Positions 10,325-21,528 of a DNA stretch of 64,000 nucleotides are shown here, piece after piece (position 1 is the first letter of the stretch; each line of letters begins with the position of its first letter). The stretch comes from a virus. The notes under the pieces are model-generated. The model was given only the letters and a program-made list of their open reading frames with translations, was not told where the DNA came from and did not search any database. The translations under genes and the position numbers were made by a program. The stretch lies in IMG/VR virus record IMGVR_UViG_3300045988_052780; one strand, 5' to 3'.

Positions 10325-11008
10325 TTATACATCAAAGTCAAGGTCTGAATTAGCTGATGCAGCGTCTCCTGCTACCCCAAAATCATCAGAACTTGTTCCC
10401 GGCATATCTGTAGGACCGTTACTCTTCTGTTTATTCATCTGATTAGTTTCGTAATCAGAGAAGAAGACCTTATCACCCAACCAGTTATTAGAGATATAAG
10501 CATCACCTGCTTTACTAATATTAACGAAGTATGGCAAACAAGGTTCACCCTTCTTATTAGCAATCAGTTTCAGTTTAGTCTGCTTATTAACAGCGTCCTT
10601 GGTAATCTCAATAAAAGTCTTAGCTAGCTTCTCAAATTCATCGGGAAGCGCAAAGGTCATAGATTTAAACTTCTCATATTTCTTAGGAGATAGTTGTTCT
10701 CCAACATGAGCTAACATAAACTTAAACTTCTCCAAATTAGACGGATTCTCACGTTCTACCCCACCATTAGAGGTTACTGGTCTCACATCATCACCTTCTT
10801 TAGGACAGAATATAGTCTCTTCATATACTCCATTCTCATTCTCAAACGAAATCTTCATGGTCTTCCAAGTAGTACTTGGGTCTTTCTTACCAGCGAATTC
10901 GCTATAAGTTACACCCTTAAAGAGTACAGTATGGATTTCCCAAGGTTTCAGTCTAGGTTTGATTGATGATGTACCGTTAGTGTTGGATAAGTTGAAATTC
11001 ATTGACAT
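10325..11008 (-). CDS. putative ssDNA-binding protein (acidic C-terminal tail)
   Basis: Acidic C-terminus ...SDLDFDV and a position between primase and helicase. The call is weak. Confidence 0.3.
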   Translation of the reverse strand: MSMNFNLSNTNGTSSIKPRLKPWEIHTVLFKGVTYSEFAGKKDPSTTWKTMKISFENENGVYEETIFCPKEGDDVRPVTSNGGVERENPSNLEKFKFMLAHVGEQLSPKKYEKFKSMTFALPDEFEKLAKTFIEITKDAVNKQTKLKLIANKKGEPCLPYFVNISKAGDAYISNNWLGDKVFFSDYETNQMNKQKSNGPTDMPGTSSDDFGVAGDAASANSDLDFDV

Positions 11009-11023
11009 AGTTCTAATAGAATA

Positions 11024-11578
11024 TTAAAGTTCGAAAGTTAATGGGTCAATCTCTTTAGCTGACTCATCTTCAATCTCTGTGTCTAGTGGCAAATCTACAT
11101 TGTCAAAATCTTCCTTAACTTCTATGTTATCTACTTCAGGTTCTATAGGTCTGTCAGCATTACCAACTAATACAAACAAATCATCATAGCCCTTCATTTT
11201 AGTTACTGTAAATGTATCTCCATACTGTCTTAATAACTCATTGGATTTACCTCTACAGCTTACAGATAGACCTTTAGTAAGCTTATTACCACCTTTGGTA
11301 CCAAAAGCTTCATCAGTACCAATAATTGGGAATGTTACTCCTTCAATCTTCTGGTAATTAATACTAATTCTATCTCCCCAGGCAGCACCTATCATAGCAG
11401 CAGCTGCCTTATTAAGTATATACTTATTGGAATCTAATGTTACTTGAGGTTCCGCTGTATCTTCAACCTCTACCGCAACCTTCTTGGTAGGTTCCTCCTT
11501 GACTATCTCCTGCTTCAGAGATTTATATTCTCCAGTAGCAGGATCAAAGTCTAGGGTTAATAGCATTTTAACTATCAT
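11024..11578 (-). CDS. hypothetical acidic protein
   Basis: 184 aa with an acidic C-terminal half. Confidence 0.4.
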   Translation of the reverse strand: MIVKMLLTLDFDPATGEYKSLKQEIVKEEPTKKVAVEVEDTAEPQVTLDSNKYILNKAAAAMIGAAWGDRISINYQKIEGVTFPIIGTDEAFGTKGGNKLTKGLSVSCRGKSNELLRQYGDTFTVTKMKGYDDLFVLVGNADRPIEPEVDNIEVKEDFDNVDLPLDTEIEDESAKEIDPLTFEL

Positions 11579-12267
11579 TCTCCTAATTCAAACTTATTAA
11601 TTGTATCAATAACCATCTTCATATTAGGTTCGATATATAAGTCAGAGAAACATCCAGCAGTACTTCTACAAGTATCAGGACCTAAGGATTTAGTTCTGAA
11701 TTTATACGTAACTTCCTCATCATTAACTATCTTCTCCGCATAGAGCAAATAATTAAACAGTCCATCAATATTAACACTTCTGTCCAACATCTTACCGGTG
11801 GTGAAGAGTTTGTATTTAGGATCATAATCGTTACCATCATTCACAATATGTGATATGAAGATTACGATTAAATCGTCTCGAAGAGTCATTGCCTTAAGAA
11901 TTAAGTCATAATAATGCTTTGCAAAGTCAATATGCTTATCATATCCTTTCTCGGCACTTCTAGACATTACTTCTTGAGAGAGAAGATAATTACTATCATC
12001 AATAGCTAAGACTTTAATCTCCGGCAGTTTAACATTAACTACGTTCATAATATTCATTACCTTAGCAAATTCATTACTAAAATACCAGTTACCAACGTAA
12101 TTCTTGTCCTTATCCTGAGTTAACTTCTTATAATTCTTTCTAAATCCTGGAATAGATAATTGTTTTGGAGTACAACTAATAATAAACGTTTCTTTAGGAT
12201 TCAGATATTGCAGCGAACTAGACTTACCACTACCTGAAAATCCTCCAAGTCCTATAATTTGGCTCAT
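11575..12267 (-). CDS. P-loop NTPase (Walker A GSGKSS), phage replication or recombination ATPase
   Basis: Walker A GLGGFSGSGKSS near the N-terminus and a Walker B-like LAIDDSNY. Confidence 0.5.
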   Translation of the reverse strand: MSQIIGLGGFSGSGKSSSLQYLNPKETFIISCTPKQLSIPGFRKNYKKLTQDKDKNYVGNWYFSNEFAKVMNIMNVVNVKLPEIKVLAIDDSNYLLSQEVMSRSAEKGYDKHIDFAKHYYDLILKAMTLRDDLIVIFISHIVNDGNDYDPKYKLFTTGKMLDRSVNIDGLFNYLLYAEKIVNDEEVTYKFRTKSLGPDTCRSTAGCFSDLYIEPNMKMVIDTINKFELGE

Positions 12268-12271
12268 TAAG

Positions 12272-13354
12272 TTATAATGTTATGGTTACGCGTAAATCAT
12301 CTCGTTTAGCTTTAGCTTCATCTTCTGGAAAGTCGATGATAGTCCAATCTGGATGTTTATACCTCTCATAGTCATTGATTTCAGATGGAATAGGTAATTC
12401 TTTAAAGATACCACATCTACCATAAAATCCTGTACCAATAGCTATGTCAGACGAACCAAATCTATTCTTAAGAACCAGTAATGACCTGAATCCATCCTTT
12501 AGTTCCTTTATGTCATATCCTCTATAAGAAGACAATTTGTTCCTAAATGGATTATACAATACTAATACAACATTAGCATCCTCGCTAGGAGAACCACTTT
12601 CCTTCAAATCGGACAAATCTGGCTCCTGTAACCCTTGCTTTAGTCTTTCAGAATTATTAGAATTTCTATTAAACTGCATAATATTAATTGGAGATACTTT
12701 ACATTTATTTCTAAATGATACCCCATATGCAGAAATAGTATCAATCTCTTCTTTCTTACTACGACCTGGCAACGGTCTTACTAAGCCCAAATGGTCAGTA
12801 ATTATAGCTATGATCTGATTAGGATTATTAAGTACATAAGTGTCTTCATCAACAAAGGTTCCAAACTTCTTCAAGTCTGCTATAACCATTTCTTTATACT
12901 TCTCTGAATTTAAAGTTCCATCATGTATTATAAGTCTGTCTTCTATTGATTCCAGCCATGGAATACATTCCTGAACTAAATCATAATCCTCATCAGATAA
13001 TGTCACCCCCTTACCTCTAGAAAGCAATTCTTTAAAAGATATCTGTTTACCATAAGTCTCATAAATGTGAATAGAAAGCAGTTTAGCTAATAATTGCTCT
13101 GCACTCATTTCTAATGAGAATATAATAAACTGTAAATCTCTATCTTGACTTGTATCAAGAAGTGCTTTATAAATAAAAGAGTGAAGTACTAAACTGGTTT
13201 TACCATTACCAGTTCCTGCTGCTACTAAGTAATATGTTTCTTGAGTTAATCCATCAATAATCTGTTCTAATTTGGGCAGACCTAGTGATAATCCTTGATT
13301 GTCACCTCTTCTACCTCTTTCGATTAGATTTAACAAGCTACTAGTATGTGTCAT
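12272..13354 (-). CDS. replicative DNA helicase, DnaB family (RecA-like C-terminal domain)
   Basis: GLSLGLPKLEQIIDGLTQETYYLVAAGTGNGKTSLVLH ... IFSLEMSAEQL matches the DnaB H1/Walker A and H2 motifs. Confidence 0.75.
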   Translation of the reverse strand: MTHTSSLLNLIERGRRGDNQGLSLGLPKLEQIIDGLTQETYYLVAAGTGNGKTSLVLHSFIYKALLDTSQDRDLQFIIFSLEMSAEQLLAKLLSIHIYETYGKQISFKELLSRGKGVTLSDEDYDLVQECIPWLESIEDRLIIHDGTLNSEKYKEMVIADLKKFGTFVDEDTYVLNNPNQIIAIITDHLGLVRPLPGRSKKEEIDTISAYGVSFRNKCKVSPINIMQFNRNSNNSERLKQGLQEPDLSDLKESGSPSEDANVVLVLYNPFRNKLSSYRGYDIKELKDGFRSLLVLKNRFGSSDIAIGTGFYGRCGIFKELPIPSEINDYERYKHPDWTIIDFPEDEAKAKRDDLRVTITL

Positions 13355-13974
13355 AATTCTGTTATAGTATCAAATACCATTTCATCAAAGTGACCTTCCT
13401 TAAATGCTTTAATGGATTCCCAAGATTTGGATATAATGAAATCAGCTATATTCTTATTAAGCAGATTACATTTATTCTTTTTAGCCCAGTCGATTAACTC
13501 TAGTACTTCTTTATGCTTATCTTTACTCCATCCGATATTCTTACCATATCGAAAGAACATTTCATCTTCAGTAAAGAATCGTTTGGCGAAATTCCGCATA
13601 TCATATTCTTTACCGTTAATAATACCTATTGGAGGATAAGCATCCCATAATTCTTGACCCAGTTCTCCTGAGTACTTTCTGTAATTTCTCATGAAATTCT
13701 CATTAAAGATTACAGTTTCGGGGTCAAACTTCTGACCCGCTTCAGGGACTTTATACTTCTTAGTAATAATTCCCTTAGTTTGAAGACTCAGTAAGATAGT
13801 CCTCAATCCAGTTTTAGTAATAGGCAATCCAAGATATTTAGTAAGGAATTCTCCATGACCTTCTTCTGGTTGCGCTATAAATAATAACTCAATCATTAAC
13901 AACTCCTCAGCAGTAAGTCTATACTGCTCCATCATTAACAATTGATTGTCCAAAGACGTCTTTAATTTATCCAA
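13351..13974 (-). CDS. hypothetical protein (possible helicase loader by position)
   Basis: 207-aa ORF overlapping the dnaB-like start by 4 nt. Confidence 0.35.
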   Translation of the reverse strand: MDKLKTSLDNQLLMMEQYRLTAEELLMIELLFIAQPEEGHGEFLTKYLGLPITKTGLRTILLSLQTKGIITKKYKVPEAGQKFDPETVIFNENFMRNYRKYSGELGQELWDAYPPIGIINGKEYDMRNFAKRFFTEDEMFFRYGKNIGWSKDKHKEVLELIDWAKKNKCNLLNKNIADFIISKSWESIKAFKEGHFDEMVFDTITEL

Positions 13975-14506
13975 GCTAATGATTAATAAGTTAGTAACTT
14001 ACCAATCTATTATGCTGCAATAGTGTTATTCTGATTTCTCAGTGTCCTCAATTACATAAGCATCCTCAGCTACTTCAAATGGAGATAAGAAATCCTCAAT
14101 GAGTTCTTCCTGTCTTTTAGCCATAGCCTTAGAATCATATACTTTACCATTAAAGGTAAATTCTCCCTTCCTATTTATGCCATTAGTAGCAACAGCATCA
14201 AATACAGAAGTAAGAGTAAATAGTTCAACTATACGTTCAACTGTCATTTCAAATTCTCGATATGAGTTACAAAGATAATCAAATCTATTTATACTACCAA
14301 CTGAATCTACCTAAATTTGAGGCTTCTCATAAGGCTTGGTACATCTAACATCTTATTCCCTATAGAAGCAGAGACAATGCAAATGCTAGCCTTAGAATGT
14401 CTTTCTAATAGGTGTAACAGACCAAATATGTCTACATTCGCAGTAGTATCTGGCAAAGGTAACACAACTTCTTGGTCTATTACGTCATAATAGTTTACGG
14501 TATACA

Positions 14507-15781
14507 TCAGAATCTAAATATCATTTTAGTTTCTTTGTTCTTCTTAGGAGTAAATTCTCTTCCTTCTAAGACATCTAGCAGATTAGAGCTGTCTATGGTT
14601 ATGAAATCTTTACCACTAGTACTTTTACGAAACCATTCTTCTTCAACAGTTCCTTTAATTACAAAGGTAAATACTTCTGCCACTTTGTTCTCCGCCTTCC
14701 TAATAACTCTGCCAATTCTTTGTGTCTTAGTAGTAGGACTAGAATCAAATCCAAGAATAACAGCTACAGACAATCCCGGAATGTCAGCACCTTCGTCCAA
14801 CATTTTAGAGGTATTAAGTACTCCCACTTTAGCTTCCTTGAATTCCTCCAAGGTCATACGCCCTTTCTTCTTAGTTTCCTTACTAGATAACACTTTACCA
14901 TATCCAATCTTCTCCGCGACCTTAATTGTCTTACTAAACGTAATACATTTCTTGTCTTGACGGTGCTTCAATATTAAATCAGTAAGTTCTATCTTCTTAG
15001 GATGGTTATATATAAACTGCTTCCTTCCTTGCAGGGCTCTGTTAAACCCCATTGCATGTATTAGAATCTGTTTATTAATAGCCTTAAATTCGTCAGGCTT
15101 ATTAGCATAATCAGGACACATTCTCTTAGCTAATTCAATGCGTTTCTGCCATTTAGAAGCACATGCCATAGCTAAGGTAAAATCATGGTTAAAGAAAGAG
15201 AAATGATCGTAAAACTCTCTATTTAATTCTAGATACTTGCTTAGATCATCTACTTCTATTAAGACTTTGTACTCCCTATAAGGAGACAACCAGCCTCTGG
15301 CAGTAGCTTCACTAACATCTACTCTATCAACTACAGGACAATACTTCTTGATGTAACTGTCTTTACCATCAAGCCTTTCCATAGTTGCTGTTAAGCCTAG
15401 AATTATTTTATACTTAACTACTTCGAACACCTTTCCAAATAAATCGGAGGCATATTTATGACACTCATCAAGTATTAATAGATCACAATTCCATTCCTTT
15501 CTTACTACAGTATTAATGATAAGCACCTGATAAACTTTAGGTACTTTTTGCTCAGCTAAATCTGCTAACCATTGTCTTTGCAAAGCATCTGTAGGTACTA
15601 CTATTATAACACTCTTTCCAGGATTCTTAGCCAAGAATCTCTTCATACACATAATGGCAGTTCTAGTCTTACCGAAACCAGTACAATAGACTAGACTTCC
15701 ACATAATCTGTTATTAACCCATCGTTGAACACCTAAAGCTTGACGTTCACTTCTGGTAATATTTCCAAATAAGTCTGCCAT
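14507..15781 (-). CDS. SF2 DEAD/DEAH-box helicase (UvsW/RecG-like)
   Basis: Walker A CTGFGKT, DExH ILDECH, and C-terminal helicase motifs (TATMERLDG, QRIGRVIR). Confidence 0.7.
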   Translation of the reverse strand: MADLFGNITRSERQALGVQRWVNNRLCGSLVYCTGFGKTRTAIMCMKRFLAKNPGKSVIIVVPTDALQRQWLADLAEQKVPKVYQVLIINTVVRKEWNCDLLILDECHKYASDLFGKVFEVVKYKIILGLTATMERLDGKDSYIKKYCPVVDRVDVSEATARGWLSPYREYKVLIEVDDLSKYLELNREFYDHFSFFNHDFTLAMACASKWQKRIELAKRMCPDYANKPDEFKAINKQILIHAMGFNRALQGRKQFIYNHPKKIELTDLILKHRQDKKCITFSKTIKVAEKIGYGKVLSSKETKKKGRMTLEEFKEAKVGVLNTSKMLDEGADIPGLSVAVILGFDSSPTTKTQRIGRVIRKAENKVAEVFTFVIKGTVEEEWFRKSTSGKDFITIDSSNLLDVLEGREFTPKKNKETKMIFRF

Positions 15782-15932
15782 TTGTTATGTAAAGAGCTAT
15801 TACACCTTAAATTAAATCATCTATCCCTTAAGTCTTGTGATATGACTATAATGAAATTAAATTAAGTAATGCATAGCTATTACATAATAATCTGGATTAA
15901 TAACTGTCAACCAATTACAATTCAGATATAAT

Positions 15933-16760
15933 TTACAGAGTAAATCCTTTAGCATCACATACCATTTTAATTTGTTCCTTACGAGTTTCCCATTGAGAGA
16001 TGTGGAACTTAACTTCTTCAGCCAAAGAATAGAGTATTCTATTTCTGAGAACCTTAAGTTGGTCTGTAGTTAACTCTGTATATTTCTTACTCTTCAGATT
16101 AACCATAGCTCTTAATTGAGTATAATTCAATCCTTTGGGAGTAATATAGATGGGAGCGGTAGGTTTAAGACCTAATCTCTCTCTAGCCACTACAAGCTTG
16201 TCTCTCAGCTGACCATCAGAGTCTTTCTCTACCAAGTCCTTGCTCTCTTGAGCAGTAAACCAGAGACCTTGCTTGAGAATGAATGTGAGTGTAATATGTT
16301 GCTTGTTGAACTTTCCCAGTCTGTCCAAACAACCTTCACGAACAAGTTCAGTAGGAATATCTTTGAATTCCTCCGGACAATTATTCATGGTTCCGTCAAT
16401 CGGATAATCCTTAGGGTCTATAGCATCCTTATTAATGTCTAGGAAAGATACTAGGGCCTCTAAGAATTTAAATCTAGGCAGATGTTGCTCTTGCTCTAGC
16501 CATCTTAAGAATAGCTCAGCATTACAACGCTGCTTCTGGTCATTAATAATGTCCAATAAAACATAACGACCAGGATACTCCTTGCTAGTATTGTGAAGCA
16601 TAGATTCACAATGGGCGTAGAAACTACGAAGTTCTTCCTCAGTACAATCAACCAAACGCTTCTCCTCTTGTACTAATTCTCCATTAACTTCTTGTTTACG
16701 ACCCTTCCATACGAAGGAGTTAATATTATTCATAGCAGCTGCCAATTTCTCTTTAAACAT
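15933..16760 (-). CDS. hypothetical protein
   Basis: 275-aa ORF. Confidence 0.4.
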   Translation of the reverse strand: MFKEKLAAAMNNINSFVWKGRKQEVNGELVQEEKRLVDCTEEELRSFYAHCESMLHNTSKEYPGRYVLLDIINDQKQRCNAELFLRWLEQEQHLPRFKFLEALVSFLDINKDAIDPKDYPIDGTMNNCPEEFKDIPTELVREGCLDRLGKFNKQHITLTFILKQGLWFTAQESKDLVEKDSDGQLRDKLVVARERLGLKPTAPIYITPKGLNYTQLRAMVNLKSKKYTELTTDQLKVLRNRILYSLAEEVKFHISQWETRKEQIKMVCDAKGFTL

Positions 16761-17335
16761 ACAGATATATCATATTAATTTGATGTAATGGTCTAATCTC
16801 TTTAATTTAGATAATCTTTTACAGTATAATCTCACCTTCTGGTGGCTTCTCGTAAATAAAAGTCTCAAAATAAAAGTCAGTATTCTTATAAGGAACTTGA
16901 ATATTATTCTCAGAATCGTACCAAGTATCCTTACCAGCTACTACTTCCCTATATTTTAAGAATCCGATGTCCCCAACTACTAGGAATGGACTATCCCAAT
17001 TGGGACATCGCGTACACGCTTTATATGCACCAGTTTTTAAGTCTTCAAACACATATTGAATATAGCCACCTACGTTCTCTTGTGCAGCTACAAGCCGCAC
17101 ACGTAAGGTCTCTATTATCATAGATATCTTGAGCCTACACGCATATCTTCAGGAATGTTATCTTCTTCAAATGGAACTGCTTTCCATTCTAGATCGTCTG
17201 GATTCCATCCAAATGCTTCTGCATCTGCGTGGGCAATATCTCTACCTCTATCTAGAGCTTCTTGTTGTGTTTCGAATTCTTCTGTTTCTTGATAGGTAAT
17301 ATTACCCTTCAACCCTGCATAAATGTTGTACTCAG

Positions 17336-17530
17336 TCATTCTTCTGATTCGTTAGTGTTAATTTTACCATCTTTATAAGTTACACAACCGTATTTAGCGA
17401 AGTCACATACACTCTTCTCAATACCTCTGAAACAGGGATATTTAGCACATTCTTTACAGGTGCGCTCAGGATACTTGTATTTAACTCCATCTCTGTCTTT
17501 GTCACAGTCTTCGGATTGCTTCTTAGCCAT
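17336..17530 (-). CDS. small cysteine-rich protein
   Basis: 64 aa with 7 Cys (CDKDRDG...CKECAKYPC...CDFAKYGC). Confidence 0.35.
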   Translation of the reverse strand: MAKKQSEDCDKDRDGVKYKYPERTCKECAKYPCFRGIEKSVCDFAKYGCVTYKDGKINTNESEE

Positions 17531-17560
17531 GCGCCTCTGAGTTAGTTGTGTCTTAGTAAA

Positions 17561-17974
17561 TTACTTGAATAATAAGGCCATTATTACTCCTACAGTAACT
17601 ACTCCTAGACTTGTTGATAAAGTGGTTAATCTTTTATTCTTCTTAGTTATTTTACGTAACTGCTCTTGCTGTGTTTGAATAGCTGTATCTTGCAACTTAA
17701 TGTGCATGTTAGCTCTTTCCAGTTGAAGTTTACGTAGACTATCAGCTTTAGCCAAGTTTGCAGTTAGTAAGGCATAAGAATCTACTTGCTTTATAAGTTC
17801 TACCTTCTCAAGTTTTAACTTCTTATGCTCCAGGAATATAAGATTAGTCGACTTTAGCTGTTTAGGAGTTATAACTATTAATGAGTCATTTACCAACTTC
17901 GGATAGATATTCTGTGAAGAACACCACATCGTTGGCAATAGGCTGATTAGTAATATTAATAAACTCCTTCTCAT
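17561..17974 (-). CDS. secreted or membrane coiled-coil protein (signal peptide or lipobox-like N-terminus, C-terminal TM)
   Basis: MRRSLLILLISLLPTMWCSSQ at the N-terminus, central coiled coil, and a C-terminal hydrophobic segment. Confidence 0.4.
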   Translation of the reverse strand: MRRSLLILLISLLPTMWCSSQNIYPKLVNDSLIVITPKQLKSTNLIFLEHKKLKLEKVELIKQVDSYALLTANLAKADSLRKLQLERANMHIKLQDTAIQTQQEQLRKITKKNKRLTTLSTSLGVVTVGVIMALLFK

Positions 17975-18194
17975 ATGTATACTTTATAGTATCTATTTTA
18001 CCGTTACTAGTAGCGATAACACTAAGAATACTATCATTAGTATTTGCTAAATCTCTTATTTCCTTATTAAGCGAATCAATAGTCATTTCATATTTGTTGG
18101 TATCTGGCATTACTACAGGATCTTCCTTTAGTAATAAACCAACTACAACTATTATAATGGCTATAGTAGCTCCTATTATAAATGGTTTACTCAT
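17886..18194 (-). CDS. small membrane protein (N-terminal TM)
   Basis: MSKPFIIGATIAIIIVVVGLLL transmembrane segment. It overlaps the downstream gene by 89 nt. Confidence 0.4.
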   Translation of the reverse strand: MSKPFIIGATIAIIIVVVGLLLKEDPVVMPDTNKYEMTIDSLNKEIRDLANTNDSILSVIATSNGKIDTIKYTYEKEFINITNQPIANDVVFFTEYLSEVGK

Positions 18195-18712
18195 TGCAGA
18201 TAGTAATGATTATACAAATCTACAATATCATTCACTTTCTCTGGTGAGGCTGTGAGCAATGTGTCTAAACATTCTCTTTCCTTGTCATTCAGATTAAGTT
18301 CAACTTCTACCATTCGGGAATCTAATTCATATACCTCTTTTGCTGTATTATAACCAGCAATATACTTCCCTGGGCATTGTTTAAAGAATGCAACTTCTTG
18401 ATCTAAGAGTGCATTTACCACACCACGATTGATTAAACCTGGATCTGTACTGTAGAAAGCATGTTTGTTTCCTTTGCGAGCTTTACCTAAGGCAATTGTT
18501 TTACCTACTTCCTCGTTAAACTCATCTTCCGGGTTACATATCGCAACCCCTATTGATAGTTTCTTTACACCATCACAATGAACTGCATCAGAATCACTAT
18601 AATCAGTAATAACAGCATCTACTTCTTGTGATACTGCTGCCATAATGAATTTACGTTCAATGTTTGCGTAATCAGTAAAGGAATCAATTCTATATTCTAC
18701 TCTCTCTTTCAT
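18191..18712 (-). CDS. hypothetical protein
   Basis: 173-aa ORF. Confidence 0.4.
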   Translation of the reverse strand: MKERVEYRIDSFTDYANIERKFIMAAVSQEVDAVITDYSDSDAVHCDGVKKLSIGVAICNPEDEFNEEVGKTIALGKARKGNKHAFYSTDPGLINRGVVNALLDQEVAFFKQCPGKYIAGYNTAKEVYELDSRMVEVELNLNDKERECLDTLLTASPEKVNDIVDLYNHYYLQ

Positions 18713-18775
18713 AAGATTAACTTTATAAGATAATAAGTCTTATCTCTTTAGATGGTCTAATCTTCTATTTAGATA

Positions 18776-19417
18776 TTATTTCCTACCTAAACCATTATAG
18801 AAGTCAAGTATGGCGTTCTCTTTACGAAGCCATGTGGCTTGTTCTCTAGCCATATCAAGAATAGTTCTACTAATGGACTCTTCTTCTACCTGTTCTTTAA
18901 CTAGCATACCAGTATCTTCATCATCTCCGTTTAGCCACTGGAATGTAGCCCAATCTCCTTCTTTCTGAGCCTGGTCTACAATCTTGTTGATACTCATAGT
19001 AGTCTCAATTTCCCTGTCTACCGTAGCAGCAAAAGGCATGATTCTATCTACGATATCTACTTTAATAGGAGGAACTGGGGGATACTGGAACAAGGCATCA
19101 TTCTCGGTTAGATATTCAAATATCCACGAATGATGTAGGTACTCTTCTTTAGCTCTACCTCTCCAGTAGATGCCAAGTTTAGGAAGTCCTTCTACTTCAA
19201 AGTAATTAGCGAATGTCATATACAAAGCATGATTAGCTAGTTCAGCAGACATCTGCTTTACTAACATTTCAATCATTACCGACGATAAAGGACATTTACG
19301 TCTTGTAGTATCAATAACTCTCTCAGTATATTTCATAGTAGGTTCTGCACCCACTGTTTGAACTCCATCACTTGTTACTTCTTGTATTGGATTTCCGTCT
19401 TTGTCTAGCTTTCTCAC
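18776..19417 (-). CDS. ferritin-like diiron-carboxylate protein
   Basis: ExxH-type motifs (ELANHA, AKEEYLHH) arranged like the ferritin/Dps/rubrerythrin helices. Confidence 0.35.
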   Translation of the reverse strand: MRKLDKDGNPIQEVTSDGVQTVGAEPTMKYTERVIDTTRRKCPLSSVMIEMLVKQMSAELANHALYMTFANYFEVEGLPKLGIYWRGRAKEEYLHHSWIFEYLTENDALFQYPPVPPIKVDIVDRIMPFAATVDREIETTMSINKIVDQAQKEGDWATFQWLNGDDEDTGMLVKEQVEEESISRTILDMAREQATWLRKENAILDFYNGLGRK

Positions 19418-19641
19418 TGTTAAATACTTTAAAGTTATTATTTCGCAAATAATCTAATGGTGCTCCTATCCAAGTAATGTACTTAGCACAGGTAATCTCT
19501 TTATCCATCTTGATGAACTGCGACTCCTTAACTTTTAAAGGTTTATCAGAAGAGAAGAATTTGGTACCTACACATTCTGCCCCATCCTTTCTAATAAGAT
19601 ATAATTGCACTTCATATAGAAAGGTGGGATATTCTGTTAGT

Positions 19642-20106
19642 TTAACGTCCCCAGAATGGTAGATTGTCTGGGCTGTACGTTTTACCATTCCAGGAATACT
19701 TTAGTACTTCCGATTTGGGCGTCTTATACTTCCCTAAAATATAAGGAATGTCAGACTGGATACACTTATGACTAAACGTAGTCTTAGGTATAGGTTTCTT
19801 GGTCTTCGGGTTAAGCTTACCTGTAGTAAAATTACCACCCTTTACATAGACTACCAAAGTTCCAGGTATGTCTATGATTTTAACCGGCTCAGACCAATTG
19901 TAATTAGGAGCAGGAACTCTTCTAAATTTCTTCCACAGCTTACGCTCCTTTGGAGTTTTAGTCCAAACATTAGGGTCGCGAGGTTTAACACTAGGCTGTC
20001 TCAGATGCTCAGCTACTAGGAAAGCATCATCATTCCAGTCTCTAATTCTAAGTCTCTTAACTCTGTCCTCTGGACTTTCTTTCTCCTTAAAAGTCTTCTT
20101 CTCCAT
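19642..20106 (-). CDS. hypothetical basic protein
   Basis: 154 aa, Lys/Arg-rich. Confidence 0.35.
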   Translation of the reverse strand: MEKKTFKEKESPEDRVKRLRIRDWNDDAFLVAEHLRQPSVKPRDPNVWTKTPKERKLWKKFRRVPAPNYNWSEPVKIIDIPGTLVVYVKGGNFTTGKLNPKTKKPIPKTTFSHKCIQSDIPYILGKYKTPKSEVLKYSWNGKTYSPDNLPFWGR

Positions 20107-20810
20107 TTTACTGATAAGATTAAATGTTAATTACTTCGTATGAATAGTACCACAAGTATTACACTTATAGATACCTTTCTCATAATCATACAGCGTGTGA
20201 TTAGTAAGTCTACCACACCTAGTACAATTCATAACTTTTACAGATTCATATACTCTCCTTGACCTTTTCTTGGGAGTCACCCCTACAGTTGAAGTCATAG
20301 TTAAATACCTTTAGTCAGTTCTTCTAATCTCCGTATTGCTTCTCTATAATCTGCAATATAAGTTGCCAAAGACATGGATTCTGGATGTTTCATTTCAACA
20401 CGATAATTGGCAATAATCTTAAGACATGTAAGCAACGGCACCCCATACGCTGCTATCTTTAATTCTTGCCGTTCTCCTTCCTTGGATTTGACAGTTCTTA
20501 GCACTGACAAATCCCAGAAGTGTGAACTATCACCTACAGATTCCATTCTGAAATCAGCTTCTTCTATTACCATCAACTTTGTAATGTTAATTTATAAATT
20601 AGTTAATCTCCATTTCCTTGAGTATCTTGTGAATTAGCCAAATAAATACAAACGGTGATATGAATGGACACAGAGACATAGTATAAAACTCATCACTTAG
20701 AGATTCATAAAAGGTATCTGGGTCTTCACAGTGACTATTTATTAAATAATCAGCCAATGTAGACAATAGGAAAGATACTCCATACGTTACCAATGCTATA
20801 ATTACGACTG

Positions 20811-21278
20811 TCATTTCTCTCTGTTTAATATATTACAGAGTCTCTGTAAGTCTGCTATAATGGGGACTAACGTACCAGCGCCTTTAACAAGGGCTGCTCT
20901 CTGGTCGGCTATTCTACTAGCGTATTCTAATTTAACCGCATTAACAGAATCATCATAACCCTTCTTCATAGAAGCTCTATTAGCTAGAAAGGTCGGAATG
21001 GTAATATATAAATGTAATAATGCATCCAGAGTTTTAGTGAGTTCCTTATAAGTCATAGCTTTAGTAACTCTGTCATATACAAATATATATGTGTCAACTC
21101 CATCTGGTATTATATTTACATATTTATCAGTCTCCGTACCCTTTCTCCCTACATGGTCAGAGATTCTTATTACAGGCGGAAATCCTTCAATAGTAAAATA
21201 TTCTGAGGTTCCTACATAATCAGTAGAAGTAAATCCCTTCCTCCTCAGCCATGCTCTTAGCTTGCTCACCCCTCTCAT
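20811..21278 (-). CDS. hypothetical protein
   Basis: 155-aa ORF. Confidence 0.4.
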   Translation of the reverse strand: MRGVSKLRAWLRRKGFTSTDYVGTSEYFTIEGFPPVIRISDHVGRKGTETDKYVNIIPDGVDTYIFVYDRVTKAMTYKELTKTLDALLHLYITIPTFLANRASMKKGYDDSVNAVKLEYASRIADQRAALVKGAGTLVPIIADLQRLCNILNREK

Positions 21279-21528
21279 CTTGTTTATTATTCTTCAATGT
21301 CTTCAGAAATACCTGAGCACCAGTTAATGGACAGTAATTTGCCCTACATTCGTTATGCTCATCTCTAAAGTAGCAATACTTGCATGAGCCACTAGAATTA
21401 ACTGGTTCAGCTATTTCAAAGTAACTACCATCCACCTCGATGATGTCTCCTGTACTTAAAACAGGTGATATATAACCATCAACAAATTCAAATGTAATCA
21501 TAATTAGATTCAAAAAAATAAGGGTCAA
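21220..21528 (-). CDS. small Cys-rich protein
   Basis: 102 aa with CKYCYF...CRANYC. Confidence 0.35.
   Translation of the reverse strand: MTLIFLNLIMITFEFVDGYISPVLSTGDIIEVDGSYFEIAEPVNSSGSCKYCYFRDEHNECRANYCPLTGAQVFLKTLKNNKQDERGEQAKSMAEEEGIYFY

Noticed and set aside
14472-14960. Plus-strand 162-aa ORF
   Set aside because: It is antisense to the SF2 helicase gene 14507..15781, hydrophobic and low-complexity; it is an artefact.
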